The notes beneath the pieces were generated by a model. The model did no database searches, was not told the origin of the DNA, and saw nothing but the letters and a program-made list of their open reading frames with translations. Positions 9,092 to 18,134 of a stretch of DNA of 64,000 bases are shown in pieces. The stretch spans positions 1-64,000 of the IMG/VR virus record IMGVR_UViG_3300037247_001239. One strand, written 5' to 3'. The first letter of the stretch is position 1. Each line of letters starts with the position of its first letter. Position numbers and translations under genes: made by a program. The stretch is from a virus.

Positions 9092-10267
9092 CTCCCCATA
9101 CAAATGTTTCAGGGAATATCCCTCATACTCCCCTGGCCAGAGCGGCGGCTGAATCAAGTGTGCGTGTTGCTTGCCGTCCGGATGCTCGAAGATGAAGGGC
9201 GCCGGCGGCTCCTTACCCCAATACTCCCGGTACATGACGTGATGCAAATGAGACAAAAACAGCTTCACCGCCCACCGCCGGGCTCGAAAGTAAATCTGCT
9301 GCGGGGGCAACATCGGGACGCCGCTACCCGGCTGACCCTTGGGAATCTCGTCGTAGCCGTCGCCCTTCTTGGCGCAGGCCCGCACGACCTTGGGAACATA
9401 GCAACCGGACTTCCACGCATAGGCAGATGTGGCCTTGCCGACGCGATTCTCCCGCAGCCCTTGGGCAGCGTACTCCGAAAACTCGCCCGCAAGGTTCTGC
9501 TGCCACAAAGCCGCTTGCTTCTCCCACAGCAACCGCCCGTAGAAACACTTCTCCCGGTTCTTATTTTTGTTGAACGATTCGCCCAGGTGACCCAGGCAGA
9601 TCGTCTTCAACCGGCCATTGTAGGGACGGACGGAGAAAAACTTTACCAGCCCCTTGCTACCCTTCTCTGGAGCTTCTTCCTTGATGGCGTAGCCGTCGGT
9701 CCACACGCTTTGCAGCCTGACCCATTTCTGGCCGCTCCACTCCGACAGCTCTGTAATCTGCTCGTCGGTAATGGTGTCATCAATCCCAAGTTCCTTCAGT
9801 TTCTTTTGTGCGAGTTTACTGCCAGGCCACTTGAGGCTAGGGTCCAGCCCACCGAATCTCCAGATACCTCCTACCGTGGGCGCCTTGCGAATGTCGATGG
9901 TCGCAAGCAGGCCCGCCGAGATCACCGGCCCGATTCCGGTCTGGGCCAACATCCAGCGGCCAACAGCATAGCTCTTGGCAAACTCCGCCAAGAACCCTTT
10001 GATCGTGGCCTCCAGCCTGGACTCAGTGCTCTCCATCCATTCGATAAGCTCGTACGGTTCGCCCGCTAACTTTTCTGTCCTACCCTGGTGTGCGGCCCTG
10101 ATTCGCGCCCGTTGGAATGAGTAATACCTGTCCGTCAGGTAACGGGCGCCGGCGATCGAAATACCAGCCACCTTCCGTTTCAGTTCCCGCGAAAGCATCA
10201 CGGCAAAGTCACTTTCGCCGTTGCGGTCCGCGTCTTCAGGTGGGGCAGCTTCACAAACCTGCGACAT
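9086..10267 (-). CDS. TasA-like Nop-domain / IS110-related RNA-binding protein (no nuclease domain seen)
   Basis: YYSFQRARIR coiled coil, GIGPVISAGLLATID...GGIWRFGGL (IS110 Transposase_20/Nop motif), YNGRLKT, RARRWAVKLFLSHL; no DEDD RuvC or HNH visible; SD CAGGAG; adjacent to the dual-repeat array. Confidence 0.8.
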   Translation of the reverse strand: MSQVCEAAPPEDADRNGESDFAVMLSRELKRKVAGISIAGARYLTDRYYSFQRARIRAAHQGRTEKLAGEPYELIEWMESTESRLEATIKGFLAEFAKSYAVGRWMLAQTGIGPVISAGLLATIDIRKAPTVGGIWRFGGLDPSLKWPGSKLAQKKLKELGIDDTITDEQITELSEWSGQKWVRLQSVWTDGYAIKEEAPEKGSKGLVKFFSVRPYNGRLKTICLGHLGESFNKNKNREKCFYGRLLWEKQAALWQQNLAGEFSEYAAQGLRENRVGKATSAYAWKSGCYVPKVVRACAKKGDGYDEIPKGQPGSGVPMLPPQQIYFRARRWAVKLFLSHLHHVMYREYWGKEPPAPFIFEHPDGKQHAHLIQPPLWPGEYEGYSLKHLYGEE

Positions 10268-10438
10268 GGGAATCTCCTGTTTGGAAACAAGCACCCCGCG
10301 GCCAGCCCGCCGCCGACCGCAGGGTGTGGAAGCGACCACTCGAATCAGAGCCGACCAAAGCCAGAAGGCGAGTCGTCGCTGGGAAAGTCAGAAGCATGGT
10401 CGGCTCTCGTTCACGGGTTTTCGTTCCGCGTGAAAAGC

Positions 10439-10468
10439 AGAATAGCAGACAGGCCACTTTCCCGTCAA
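10439..10468 (-). promoter_or_regulatory. Sigma70-like promoter for the Tas/array/ParB operon
   Basis: TTGACG-18nt-TATTCT with TG just upstream of the -10. Confidence 0.55.
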
Positions 10469-10520
10469 GACGACGTTTGGATATTTTTTGCCGGACCAGC
10501 AAAATGGTCCTGCCGTAATC

Positions 10521-10549
10521 TTGACACGTTCGGCCGAATTGGCTAGGTT
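10521..10549 (+). promoter_or_regulatory. Sigma70-like promoter (divergent)
   Basis: TTGACA-17nt-TAGGTT. Confidence 0.6.
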
Positions 10550-10643
10550 GGCGGACACGCCCTGATTGCGGTGCCAGTCGCCTGGCAACAGATGTCCGCG
10601 TTCGGCCGCCCGTTTTTCGTCCCCCCTCACAAGGAGCAATGTC

Positions 10644-10883
10644 ATGTGTGACCCCCCTACCGTCACGCCATTGACTGGCGAGCAGCTTTTGGCTCTCCGG
10701 TCAATGGACGACCCCGATATGTTCACCCGCGAAGAACTTTACGATCTGCGGAGACGGGCCCTTAGTCGGATCCACCCAAGCCAAGATGATGGTTGGGCCC
10801 GAGCCTTTCAGCGCCTCGCCGACGCGGCCGACATCCTGGACGCCTTTTATGGTCGTTCATCGGTGCAAAAAGGTCCCGCCTGA
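10644..10883 (+). CDS. Hypothetical protein
   Basis: SD AAGGAG; first gene after the promoter. Confidence 0.55.
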   Translation: MCDPPTVTPLTGEQLLALRSMDDPDMFTREELYDLRRRALSRIHPSQDDGWARAFQRLADAADILDAFYGRSSVQKGPA

Positions 10884-10890
10884 TTGTTTC

Positions 10891-10919
10891 TTGACTCGGC
10901 GGGCCGTATCGGCTAGGTT
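10891..10919 (+). promoter_or_regulatory. Sigma70-like promoter
   Basis: TTGACT-17nt-TAGGTT; shares GGCTAGGTTGGCG with the 10521 promoter. Confidence 0.55.
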
Positions 10920-11263
10920 GGCGAATGCCAGCCGCCTGGTCGACTCAAATACCGCCTCACCGAAGAGGCAGGGCCCATCCCGGAGGTCCGAGGGGGTCGC
11001 AACCTTTGATGCTACTCTGGTTGCCGGTCGCAAGACCGAGAGGCATCGCGCCAGGCCCGCCATCCGGCTGGAGACGTTCCAGGAGCCCGCGACAACTGGC
11101 AAGAACCGAAGCTAGAGCGGAAAGTCCGCTTGGGCACCCGCATACGAAAGCGGCTCGGCATTCGGGTTGTCGCACCCATTGCCCACGACCAGGGCAGTAC
11201 GTGGAAGGCTAGCGATGTAGCCACGTCAAAAATCCAGAACGGAGGCCCTGGGGGAATTGCAGC

Positions 11264-11752
11264 ATGGGTGCATACCAAAAGCGCAACAGGCGATTGGAAA
11301 AGCTCGGTTACGAGTCCTATGAGGAGTATCTACAAAGCAACCTCTGGAATTCCATTCGCAGCCGCGTTATGACCCGAGACCAGCAGAAATGCCGCATTTG
11401 TGGAGGTCGGGCGTCGAATGTCCACCATTGGGGCTACCGCGAACCCACCCTGCTGGGGAAGTGCTTACTGGAGTTGTGGGCACTCTGCCGCAAATGCCAC
11501 CTGTTTATCGAGTTCGAGAAAAACGGCGAAAAAGCCAAATTTGGCAGTGCTCGTAGGCGACTGAAAATACTCTGCCGTCTAAAGGGATTGACATTTGACT
11601 CGGTCAACCCGCGGTGGGATGGAAAACCACCCCCTAAACGACGAAAACGGCGGCGATGCCAATTCTGCGGCATACGAAAGACCTTGGGCACGTTCCGCAC
11701 TACAGAAAACCCTGTCTGCCGTAAATGTGAGAAGGAACTCGCAATAGTATAG
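11264..11752 (+). CDS. HNH endonuclease
   Basis: YEEYLQS..W..IR..V..RD..KCRICG....VHH..Y...LCRKCH. Confidence 0.85.
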   Translation: MGAYQKRNRRLEKLGYESYEEYLQSNLWNSIRSRVMTRDQQKCRICGGRASNVHHWGYREPTLLGKCLLELWALCRKCHLFIEFEKNGEKAKFGSARRRLKILCRLKGLTFDSVNPRWDGKPPPKRRKRRRCQFCGIRKTLGTFRTTENPVCRKCEKELAIV

Positions 11753-11879
11753 CCACCCGGCGCCCAACCCCCATCTACACAAATCCTACACAATTGCAAA
11801 TAGCAACCACTTACCAGCAAGCAACTTATCCCGTCGCACCGCTCCCCTGATGGTGACGTGCATAATGGGCGGGTGAAAA

Positions 11880-11983
11880 TCACGGCGGCGGCGTGGACAG
11901 TGACACGTGACACGACTCGGGTGTGCCCATGGTCAGTGCCGAGCAGTTCGCATGGGAGCCGGTGCAATTCCGGCCCGCCGTGA
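11880..11983 (+). ncRNA. tRNA-like structured RNA (copy 2)
   Basis: 9-bp closing stem TCACGGCGG/CCGCCGTGA, D-like CGGCGTGGACAGTGACACG, T-like arm GCCGG-TGCAATT-CCGGC. Confidence 0.5.
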
Positions 11984-12211
11984 CCTTTGGATCTGTCCTA
12001 TTTTTGGAAAGGGGGATTCTGATGGCATGGGATCAAACAGGTGATCTGAAGACTTGGGCGGCAGCCGACAGGGCCATGGCGGCGACCCAGGCAGCGCTCA
12101 GAGCCAGAGAGGAAGCCAAGCAGGCCGAATCCGAAAAGGGGCCGGTTGAGAAACCTGACGGCGGTGTCCGGCCCGCCGTGACCTTTACCCCCACCCATAA
12201 GGGGCGATCCG

Positions 12212-13609
12212 ATGGACCACCGAATAGTGACTGCCGCTCAATTGAAAGAAGGCTACTACGAAAAAGTCGGCCCAATAATCGTCCATCGTGGTTTCAGACT
12301 CTTGGGGAGCAGGGAAGACGGGACATTCGCTGTAGAGGTGCCAGAAGCCCGTGAATCGTACGACTATTTTGACATGCGGTGCCCTCAGCCACGAGCATGA
12401 CCATGAACCGCCGAACCTCATTCAAGACCATGCTGGGCGCCATCGTCGCGGCACTCTGGCCCGCAAAGGCGACCGATACCCAGGAGTGCCATGCTGCGTG
12501 TCACTCGTCTAAATGCCACGTCTGGGGGTACGTCTCGCCAGGGCACTTACGGGCTTGGCACTGCCCCCCAACGGTAAATGTTGTCCTCTCGCAACGTACC
12601 CGGATCCCCTCGCGTGTCGGGAAGACCATGTTTCCGGAATGCCACGACTGTGACTTGAATGGAGGAACGATATTGTGCGTTCCGTGTGGTGACAGACGAG
12701 TATTCGACCAGACGTAGGGAAGATTCCATGGACCAGCACGCCAACCCCCAGCGCCGTAAGCCGCCCCTGCCCAGCGCCGAAGAATTGGGCCTGCCGCGAC
12801 TGGTCGACCGCGACGGCATTCGCTGCCTGCCGGATGCACCTCAGTGGTGGGAGGAGTACCCGCCTGTCGGGGACGGCATTGTCGAGTGTATTATCGATAC
12901 CGAGGTGCGGCTGAAGAGGCCCGGCGCGGTGTTCTACCATGCCCATGAGTAAGTCCCAGCAGAAGAAAGCCCGGAAACGTGAGGCCAAGCTGCTCTACCA
13001 GTTGGCCGAACTGCATCGGCGCCGGGCAGCGTGCAGCGTGTTTCTGGCCAGGCTGTACGAGGTGAAGGCCCGTAACGCTTTCGTAACGCCAGCAACGTTA
13101 CAGAGGAGTGAGGATGCTTGACAGTGAACTACAGGCAGAATTAGGAAAGCGCATAGCCAGAACGGAGGCACTGTTGCGAATGTTCCGCCGCGACTCGGCC
13201 GCCGCCCATCGACGCCGCTGTGCCATCCACCAAGGCGTCCGGGAGACCGATACCCAGAACTGTCAGCACGACTGGGACCCAGTAATGCAGTGGTGCAGAC
13301 GCTGTGGGCTGGATAAGTTCGAGACCATGGAGAACCGCCATGCCTGATCACTCGCCCGAACCGTGGTTGATCTCAGCATACGGGAGACACTTAGGTGGTC
13401 GACCGTGGACAGTTCTTTCTCACCCAACAGGTGGTGCCCAAGTTGTTGCCGGATGCGAGACAGAAAAAGACGCCAAACGTATCGTCGCCTGCGTCAACGC
13501 CTGTAAAGAGATCTCGACCGACGCGTTGGAGAGCGTCGGCAAACCCATGGACGGCGGCACAGTCGGGCTTGCCCTCTGCTGGGCAAGTAAAGCATCTTAC
13601 CCAACTTAA
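12212..13609 (+). other. Run of small overlapping phage ORFs (approx. 12212-12400, 12397-12717, 12728-12952, 12945-13121, 13114-13347, 13340-13609)
   Basis: Tight stop/start coupling; the last ORF has the common phage motif HSPEPW...DAKRIVACVNAC. Confidence 0.55.
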
Positions 13610-14378
13610 CCAGCGGATGCACAGTGGATGTGGCATCGCACCCGGGGTAGGCCAGCCGCATCACCCCCAGTACGCCGGCCGGGGAAATTCACGAGCGATG
13701 GCACCCTGGCGGGCGGTGCTCAGAACAGGGTCGCACCCGGGGAGGTGAGGTCGACTGCGTGGGTGTAGCTACAATCATGGGGGGAGCCGGGAGCGTGGGG
13801 GGGCAGGCCGGGGGTGCCTTCTACCAGCCTGGTTACATGGAGGCTACATGGAGAGGGCACGGTCGACCGATTGTGCGGCACCGTTCCGCAGTGCACATTC
13901 GAGGCTGAAATTGTCGTAACTCGTGAAGCCGAAACCACTTACGTCGCCTCACATCTGGGGGCCTTTCACCCCAAACGCTGGCCAAAACCCTGCCAAAGTC
14001 TGACCAAAGCTCGACCACTTCGCGGATGAGGTGGCGTCGCGCCGATCGCATTGACGGTCTGGCTTGGCGCTGCGCGACGGTTTCGGCGAAGTCTTGTCGG
14101 TGGTTTGCTCAGGTTTTGGCGGGAGTTTGGCGGGTGCTCGGCGGTGGTTTGATCGCATCGGCGAAGGCGACTTCGGGCCGAGCATCGGCGCGTCGGCCGA
14201 CTTGACTTCACCCACCGCGACGCCGGTCAGTTGCGGTCGATCACATCGGCCAGCTCGCCCTGCGATTTCTGGGGATCCTGATTTCTGGCCACTCCCAAAA
14301 CAGCCAATCCAGAATTATTCTCGCCTTGTAACGTGTTGGCTTATCTCGACTTACAACTCGACTTGCAATAGCACAGTC

Positions 14379-14406
14379 TTGACACGTTTGGGATTGCCGA
14401 TATGAT
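14379..14406 (+). promoter_or_regulatory. Strong early promoter
   Basis: TTGACA-16nt-TATGAT upstream of the early gene cluster; preceded by a 12-nt tandem repeat. Confidence 0.65.
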
Positions 14407-14446
14407 ATCGGGCGAGTCGAAACCGAAACCCTATCGGAGTTGAATC

Positions 14447-14731
14447 ATGAAAATGCGAAGCGAAGACTTTGCAGCAATGCGGGAGGCAATCGCAAATAGC
14501 TTCCCCCGGGAGTGCAAGACTCCAGGAAAGCGGCTGACCTTTGCGGAGTGGCGTTTGGAGTATTGTGCACGCGGACTATCGGAGGAACGGTTCCGGTGGG
14601 ATTGCTTGCACGCCTCCGGCTACAATACCCGCCCCCTCTATGCCTACCTGCATGACAGCCACATCGACACAGCGCTTAGGCGCATCATCGTACTACTAGC
14701 CAACGCCCCTCCTGCACTCCTGGAGGTCTAA
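14447..14731 (+). CDS. Hypothetical early protein
   Basis: GGAGTTGAATC leader; ERFRWD...LHDSHIDTALRRI motif. Confidence 0.65.
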   Translation: MKMRSEDFAAMREAIANSFPRECKTPGKRLTFAEWRLEYCARGLSEERFRWDCLHASGYNTRPLYAYLHDSHIDTALRRIIVLLANAPPALLEV

Positions 14732-14732
14732 C

Positions 14733-14942
14733 ATGCGTCGCCCCGCCCTCATCCCGTCCGCTTTGCGATCCGCCCGAGAAGACCGGGACTGGTCGCAGCA
14801 AACCTTAGCTGTGAAGCTCGGCATCACGGTGACCACGGTTTGCAGGTGGGAAACGGGCGTGAACGTGCCGAACCTACCCACCCTTCGCCGGGTTGCGAAG
14901 GCGCTCGGCGTTACCCTCAGTACCCTAGTCGAGGAGAGTTGA
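14733..14942 (+). CDS. XRE/Cro-CI family HTH regulator
   Basis: LRSAREDRDWSQQTLAVKLGITVTTVCRWETGVNVPNLPTLRRVAKALGV. Confidence 0.9.
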   Translation: MRRPALIPSALRSAREDRDWSQQTLAVKLGITVTTVCRWETGVNVPNLPTLRRVAKALGVTLSTLVEES

Positions 14943-15398
14943 GACGATGCCAGAATTACTGAAACTGTATGGCGGCGAGCCTGCCCCGCACACGGTTGAA
15001 AAATGCCCCAATACCGGCAAGCTCCTGTTCTGGCCACAATTGGACGGGCCGCACGGTGATGCCCACACCCTGTACTGCCAGCTCTGTGGCGTAGCCGTTC
15101 GGAAGGAGCCGTATCCAGAAGAGACGCGCACTCACCCCTAACCCCCCCCACTACAATGCCCCCGCGCTGCAGTAACAGCCGGGGGCGTGGCCCTCAACTG
15201 AGAAGGAGTTGAAAGCATGTCTACTCTACCTTCCCCGCCCGCTCTGGGCAAGCCAATCCTCTGTTGCTGGTGTGATCGGCCCGCCAGCGCCGCCCCCGTG
15301 ATCTATGCGGGCATGTCCCACCCGACGTGTCTCGACCACTCAATTCGCTACAACACCCTCCCGCCGCGGCCTCATAAGAACAGCAAAGGGGGTGCGGT

Positions 15399-15962
15399 AT
15401 GAGAAGCATACGCCTAGAACCCCGCGACGTACCGGCCGTATTCCGCCGAGCTTTCCCGGAGTACAGGGGCCGCACGTTTGCAGTCGAGACCCGCAACGAA
15501 GTGGAGTTCTCCGACAACTACTGGTCCGGCGGTACAAAATACACCTATCGCGGCCTAGACCTGGCAACCGGGGAGGCGCACGACCCGTTGATCGGCAACG
15601 AATCGGGTGGCCACCCCTGCCAGCCAGCATCCCCTACCGTCAAGCTAGAACCGGGGAAAGCCATAGTCTGCCACAAGATATTCTGCGGGAAGGATCACGG
15701 GCTCGTGTTCTATATCCACCCCGATAACCTCAGCAAACTGCTGCCGGCCCCGGCCGAACTACCGAACGACCAGCGGGCAGTATTGGAGGTGATTTGCAGT
15801 ATCAAGGGCGGGCAGTATCGACGGGATGAATTCGACCGGGCCGGGCTGGGCGAGTACTCCGCCGAGCATCCCGGGATTGTGGCCCTGGCATCGGCCGGGC
15901 TGGTCAAGATCAACCGGGCGGGAGCCGTATCGGTCACCGTTGCCGGTCGCAACGCACGTTGA
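15399..15962 (+). CDS. Hypothetical early protein
   Basis: Long ORF coupled to the upstream ORF; NYWSGGTK motif. Confidence 0.65.
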   Translation: MRSIRLEPRDVPAVFRRAFPEYRGRTFAVETRNEVEFSDNYWSGGTKYTYRGLDLATGEAHDPLIGNESGGHPCQPASPTVKLEPGKAIVCHKIFCGKDHGLVFYIHPDNLSKLLPAPAELPNDQRAVLEVICSIKGGQYRRDEFDRAGLGEYSAEHPGIVALASAGLVKINRAGAVSVTVAGRNAR

Positions 15963-16049
15963 CGACCCCGCCCCCGCGCTCCCTGGCAACAGGGAGCCGG
16001 CGGGCTGGCCGTTGGAGCCAGCGTAACCCTAGCAAAGGAGAGTGAGACG

Positions 16050-16328
16050 ATGAGAACCATTCCCATGAGCCGCAAGCATCAGGGACTGCATATCGAAGCA
16101 CCCGGTTGCATCGTGAACATCCGGAACCTAAACGACAGTGAGGGCCAGCCTATAACCTTCATTGACGTAAACGCTGACGGCGACCGATATTCGGGCGAGC
16201 CTGAATGGTGGTGTATAGATGCTGGTGCGATTCTGGGAGTCCGAGGGATCGGCATCCGCATCGTCCAAGGCATTGACAAGCCAACGGAAAGATACGTTCC
16301 ACTAGACGAACGAGTACCCATACCCTAA
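16050..16328 (+). CDS. Hypothetical early protein
   Basis: AAGGAGAGTGAGACG leader. Confidence 0.6.
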   Translation: MRTIPMSRKHQGLHIEAPGCIVNIRNLNDSEGQPITFIDVNADGDRYSGEPEWWCIDAGAILGVRGIGIRIVQGIDKPTERYVPLDERVPIP

Positions 16329-16415
16329 ATACCCTTGACAACCCCCGGCCCCCGCGCCTCCCGGTGGCGGCGCGGCGCCGGTAGTTGTACCCTGACCCTA
16401 GAAGGAGTTGAGACT

Positions 16416-16637
16416 ATGAACATGCGAGATTTCATCCGCCAGAACCGGGCCGAGATTGACGTGGCGATCGACCGCGCGGTGGGCTTTGTCCCGCGCACGG
16501 CAAGCTGCGATTGCCCAAAGTCGGGCACAGACCACCACCACCAGCCAGAACAACGCAACGATAACGAGCGGCGGCAATGGATATTGAACGATGAAGGTTT
16601 CTATAACTGGGCGCGGCGTGAGGGCGTCCCAATCTAG
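16416..16637 (+). CDS. Hypothetical early protein
   Basis: GGAGTTGAGACT leader; ERRQWILNDEGFYNWAR motif. Confidence 0.6.
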   Translation: MNMRDFIRQNRAEIDVAIDRAVGFVPRTASCDCPKSGTDHHHQPEQRNDNERRQWILNDEGFYNWARREGVPI

Positions 16638-16686
16638 CCGCCCCGCCTCCCGGTAGTTGTTACCCTAACAGACTGGAGTTGAGACT

Positions 16687-17325
16687 ATGAACCTACCCGA
16701 AAAGTACCGCCCGCGCACCTGGCAGGATGTGGTGGGCCAAGAGAAGCTGGTCGCAGACCTTCAGCGGATCCGCGACAACGGCGGGCTGGGCGGCAACGCC
16801 TACTGGCTCAGCGGCAAGAGCGGGACCGGCAAGACCACGATCGGCCGGCTGATTGCGGCAGAGGTGGCCGACGACTATTGCACAGACTATCTCCACGCCC
16901 GGGAGTTGACCCCCGCGCTGTTGCGCGACATTGACCGGGCTATGGCTTACCGCGGCATTGGCCAGAAGGGCGGCCGGGCGTGGGTGGTTGACGAATGCCA
17001 CCTGTTGACGGATCGGCAGGTGGGGGCGTTGTTGGACCTGACCGAACCGATACCGGATCATATCGTGTGGGTCTTCACCACAACTACGGCGGGCCAGCTC
17101 AAATTCGACTGGCTTGACGACGCGGGCCCGCTCTTGTCCCGTTGCATCCGCCCCAAGATGGCCACAAACCTCGCCCAACCTTTTGCCGAACGAGCACGGG
17201 AGATCGCCGTCTCCGAGGGCCTGGACGGGCGGCCGATCAGCTACTATGTGGAGCGCGTCAAGCAGAACCGAAACAACCTGCGCGCCGTGTTACAGGAAAT
17301 CCAGCAGGGGAGAATGCGACCGTAG
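16687..17325 (+). CDS. Clamp-loader (DnaX/RFC-clade) AAA+ ATPase, AAA module only
   Basis: LPEKYRPRTWQDVVGQE, Walker A GKSGTGKTT, Walker B VVDECH, SRC motif. Confidence 0.85.
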   Translation: MNLPEKYRPRTWQDVVGQEKLVADLQRIRDNGGLGGNAYWLSGKSGTGKTTIGRLIAAEVADDYCTDYLHARELTPALLRDIDRAMAYRGIGQKGGRAWVVDECHLLTDRQVGALLDLTEPIPDHIVWVFTTTTAGQLKFDWLDDAGPLLSRCIRPKMATNLAQPFAERAREIAVSEGLDGRPISYYVERVKQNRNNLRAVLQEIQQGRMRP

Positions 17326-17356
17326 CCCCGCCCGCAAGGGCACAACAAAAGGTGAG

Positions 17357-17719
17357 ATGATGGGAACCGACGAACCGCGCGACTTCATGCTGATGACGGC
17401 CCAGGAGCTAGCAGAGTACAGCGGCAAGGTCTATCAGGCCCGCTGCCAAGTGCGTGGGCGTGGCGGCAAGCTGCACCCCATCGACATCGAGGCGCCGACC
17501 GCAGAGCTACGAGAGGCTGGCGTAGCCAACACTCAGCGCGTCGGTCGCCTAGAGTCGCGCGAGGATACGACATACTGGCGCCAGCAGACCGGCCCCAAGT
17601 GGGCTCAGGCGTTCGGCGGGATCTCTGGCCGCTGTGCCACAAACCCCGAGGACGTACCCGACGAGATGATGACCGCCGAGACGTTTTGGCGGGATCATTC
17701 AAACAGCAACAGCGGATAG
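17357..17719 (+). CDS. Hypothetical early protein
   Basis: AAGGTG SD; co-oriented with the cluster. Confidence 0.5.
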   Translation: MMGTDEPRDFMLMTAQELAEYSGKVYQARCQVRGRGGKLHPIDIEAPTAELREAGVANTQRVGRLESREDTTYWRQQTGPKWAQAFGGISGRCATNPEDVPDEMMTAETFWRDHSNSNSG

Positions 17720-17767
17720 CCATCCCGCCCAGCGCTTCGCCGGGCATAACCCCCAAGAGGTGAAAAG

Positions 17768-18043
17768 ATGTACGAATACACTCCCGGACCGTGGGAAACC
17801 GTTGCCGGGCCAACCGATGGCGACCTCGCAGTCTGTGAGCCAGAGGGAGGCGACGAAATTGCTATAGTCACTAACGGATCAATTTGTGACCGTGATTTAA
17901 TCGCCGCCGCGCCTGAGTTGCTGGAAGCGTGCCAAGCTGCACTCCCAGCATTATCAGCCCATGAGCAAACGGGCTGCGATTGTCCTGATAGCGATGCTGC
18001 CCGACTACTCCGCGCAGCCATTGCCAAAGTCGAGAACGCCTAA
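17768..18043 (+). CDS. Phage 'TPGPW...LIAAAPELL' family protein
   Basis: YTPGPW, DLIAAAPELLEAC. Confidence 0.7.
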   Translation: MYEYTPGPWETVAGPTDGDLAVCEPEGGDEIAIVTNGSICDRDLIAAAPELLEACQAALPALSAHEQTGCDCPDSDAARLLRAAIAKVENA

Positions 18044-18134
18044 CACCCCGCCAGCGCCTCGCCGGGGTCGCGTCCGGCGGCGGGCCTTGCGTTTCGAGTT
18101 TACCATCACTACCCTAATGTGAGGAGTTGAGACC

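Noticed and set aside
8622-9195. Plus-strand ORFs of 176 and 161 aa
   Set aside because: Artefacts of the stop-poor 35-nt repeat; the period is not a multiple of 3 and they are antisense to the operon
9086-10339. IS110 transposase / insertion sequence
   Set aside because: No N-terminal DEDD RuvC domain and no element ends seen; the adjacent dual-repeat array fits a Tas-like protein better
10416-10423. Self-target of array segment GGTTTTCG in the Tas leader
   Set aside because: The partner half does not match next to it, and single 8-mer hits are expected by chance in 64 kb; I could not run an exhaustive self-target search
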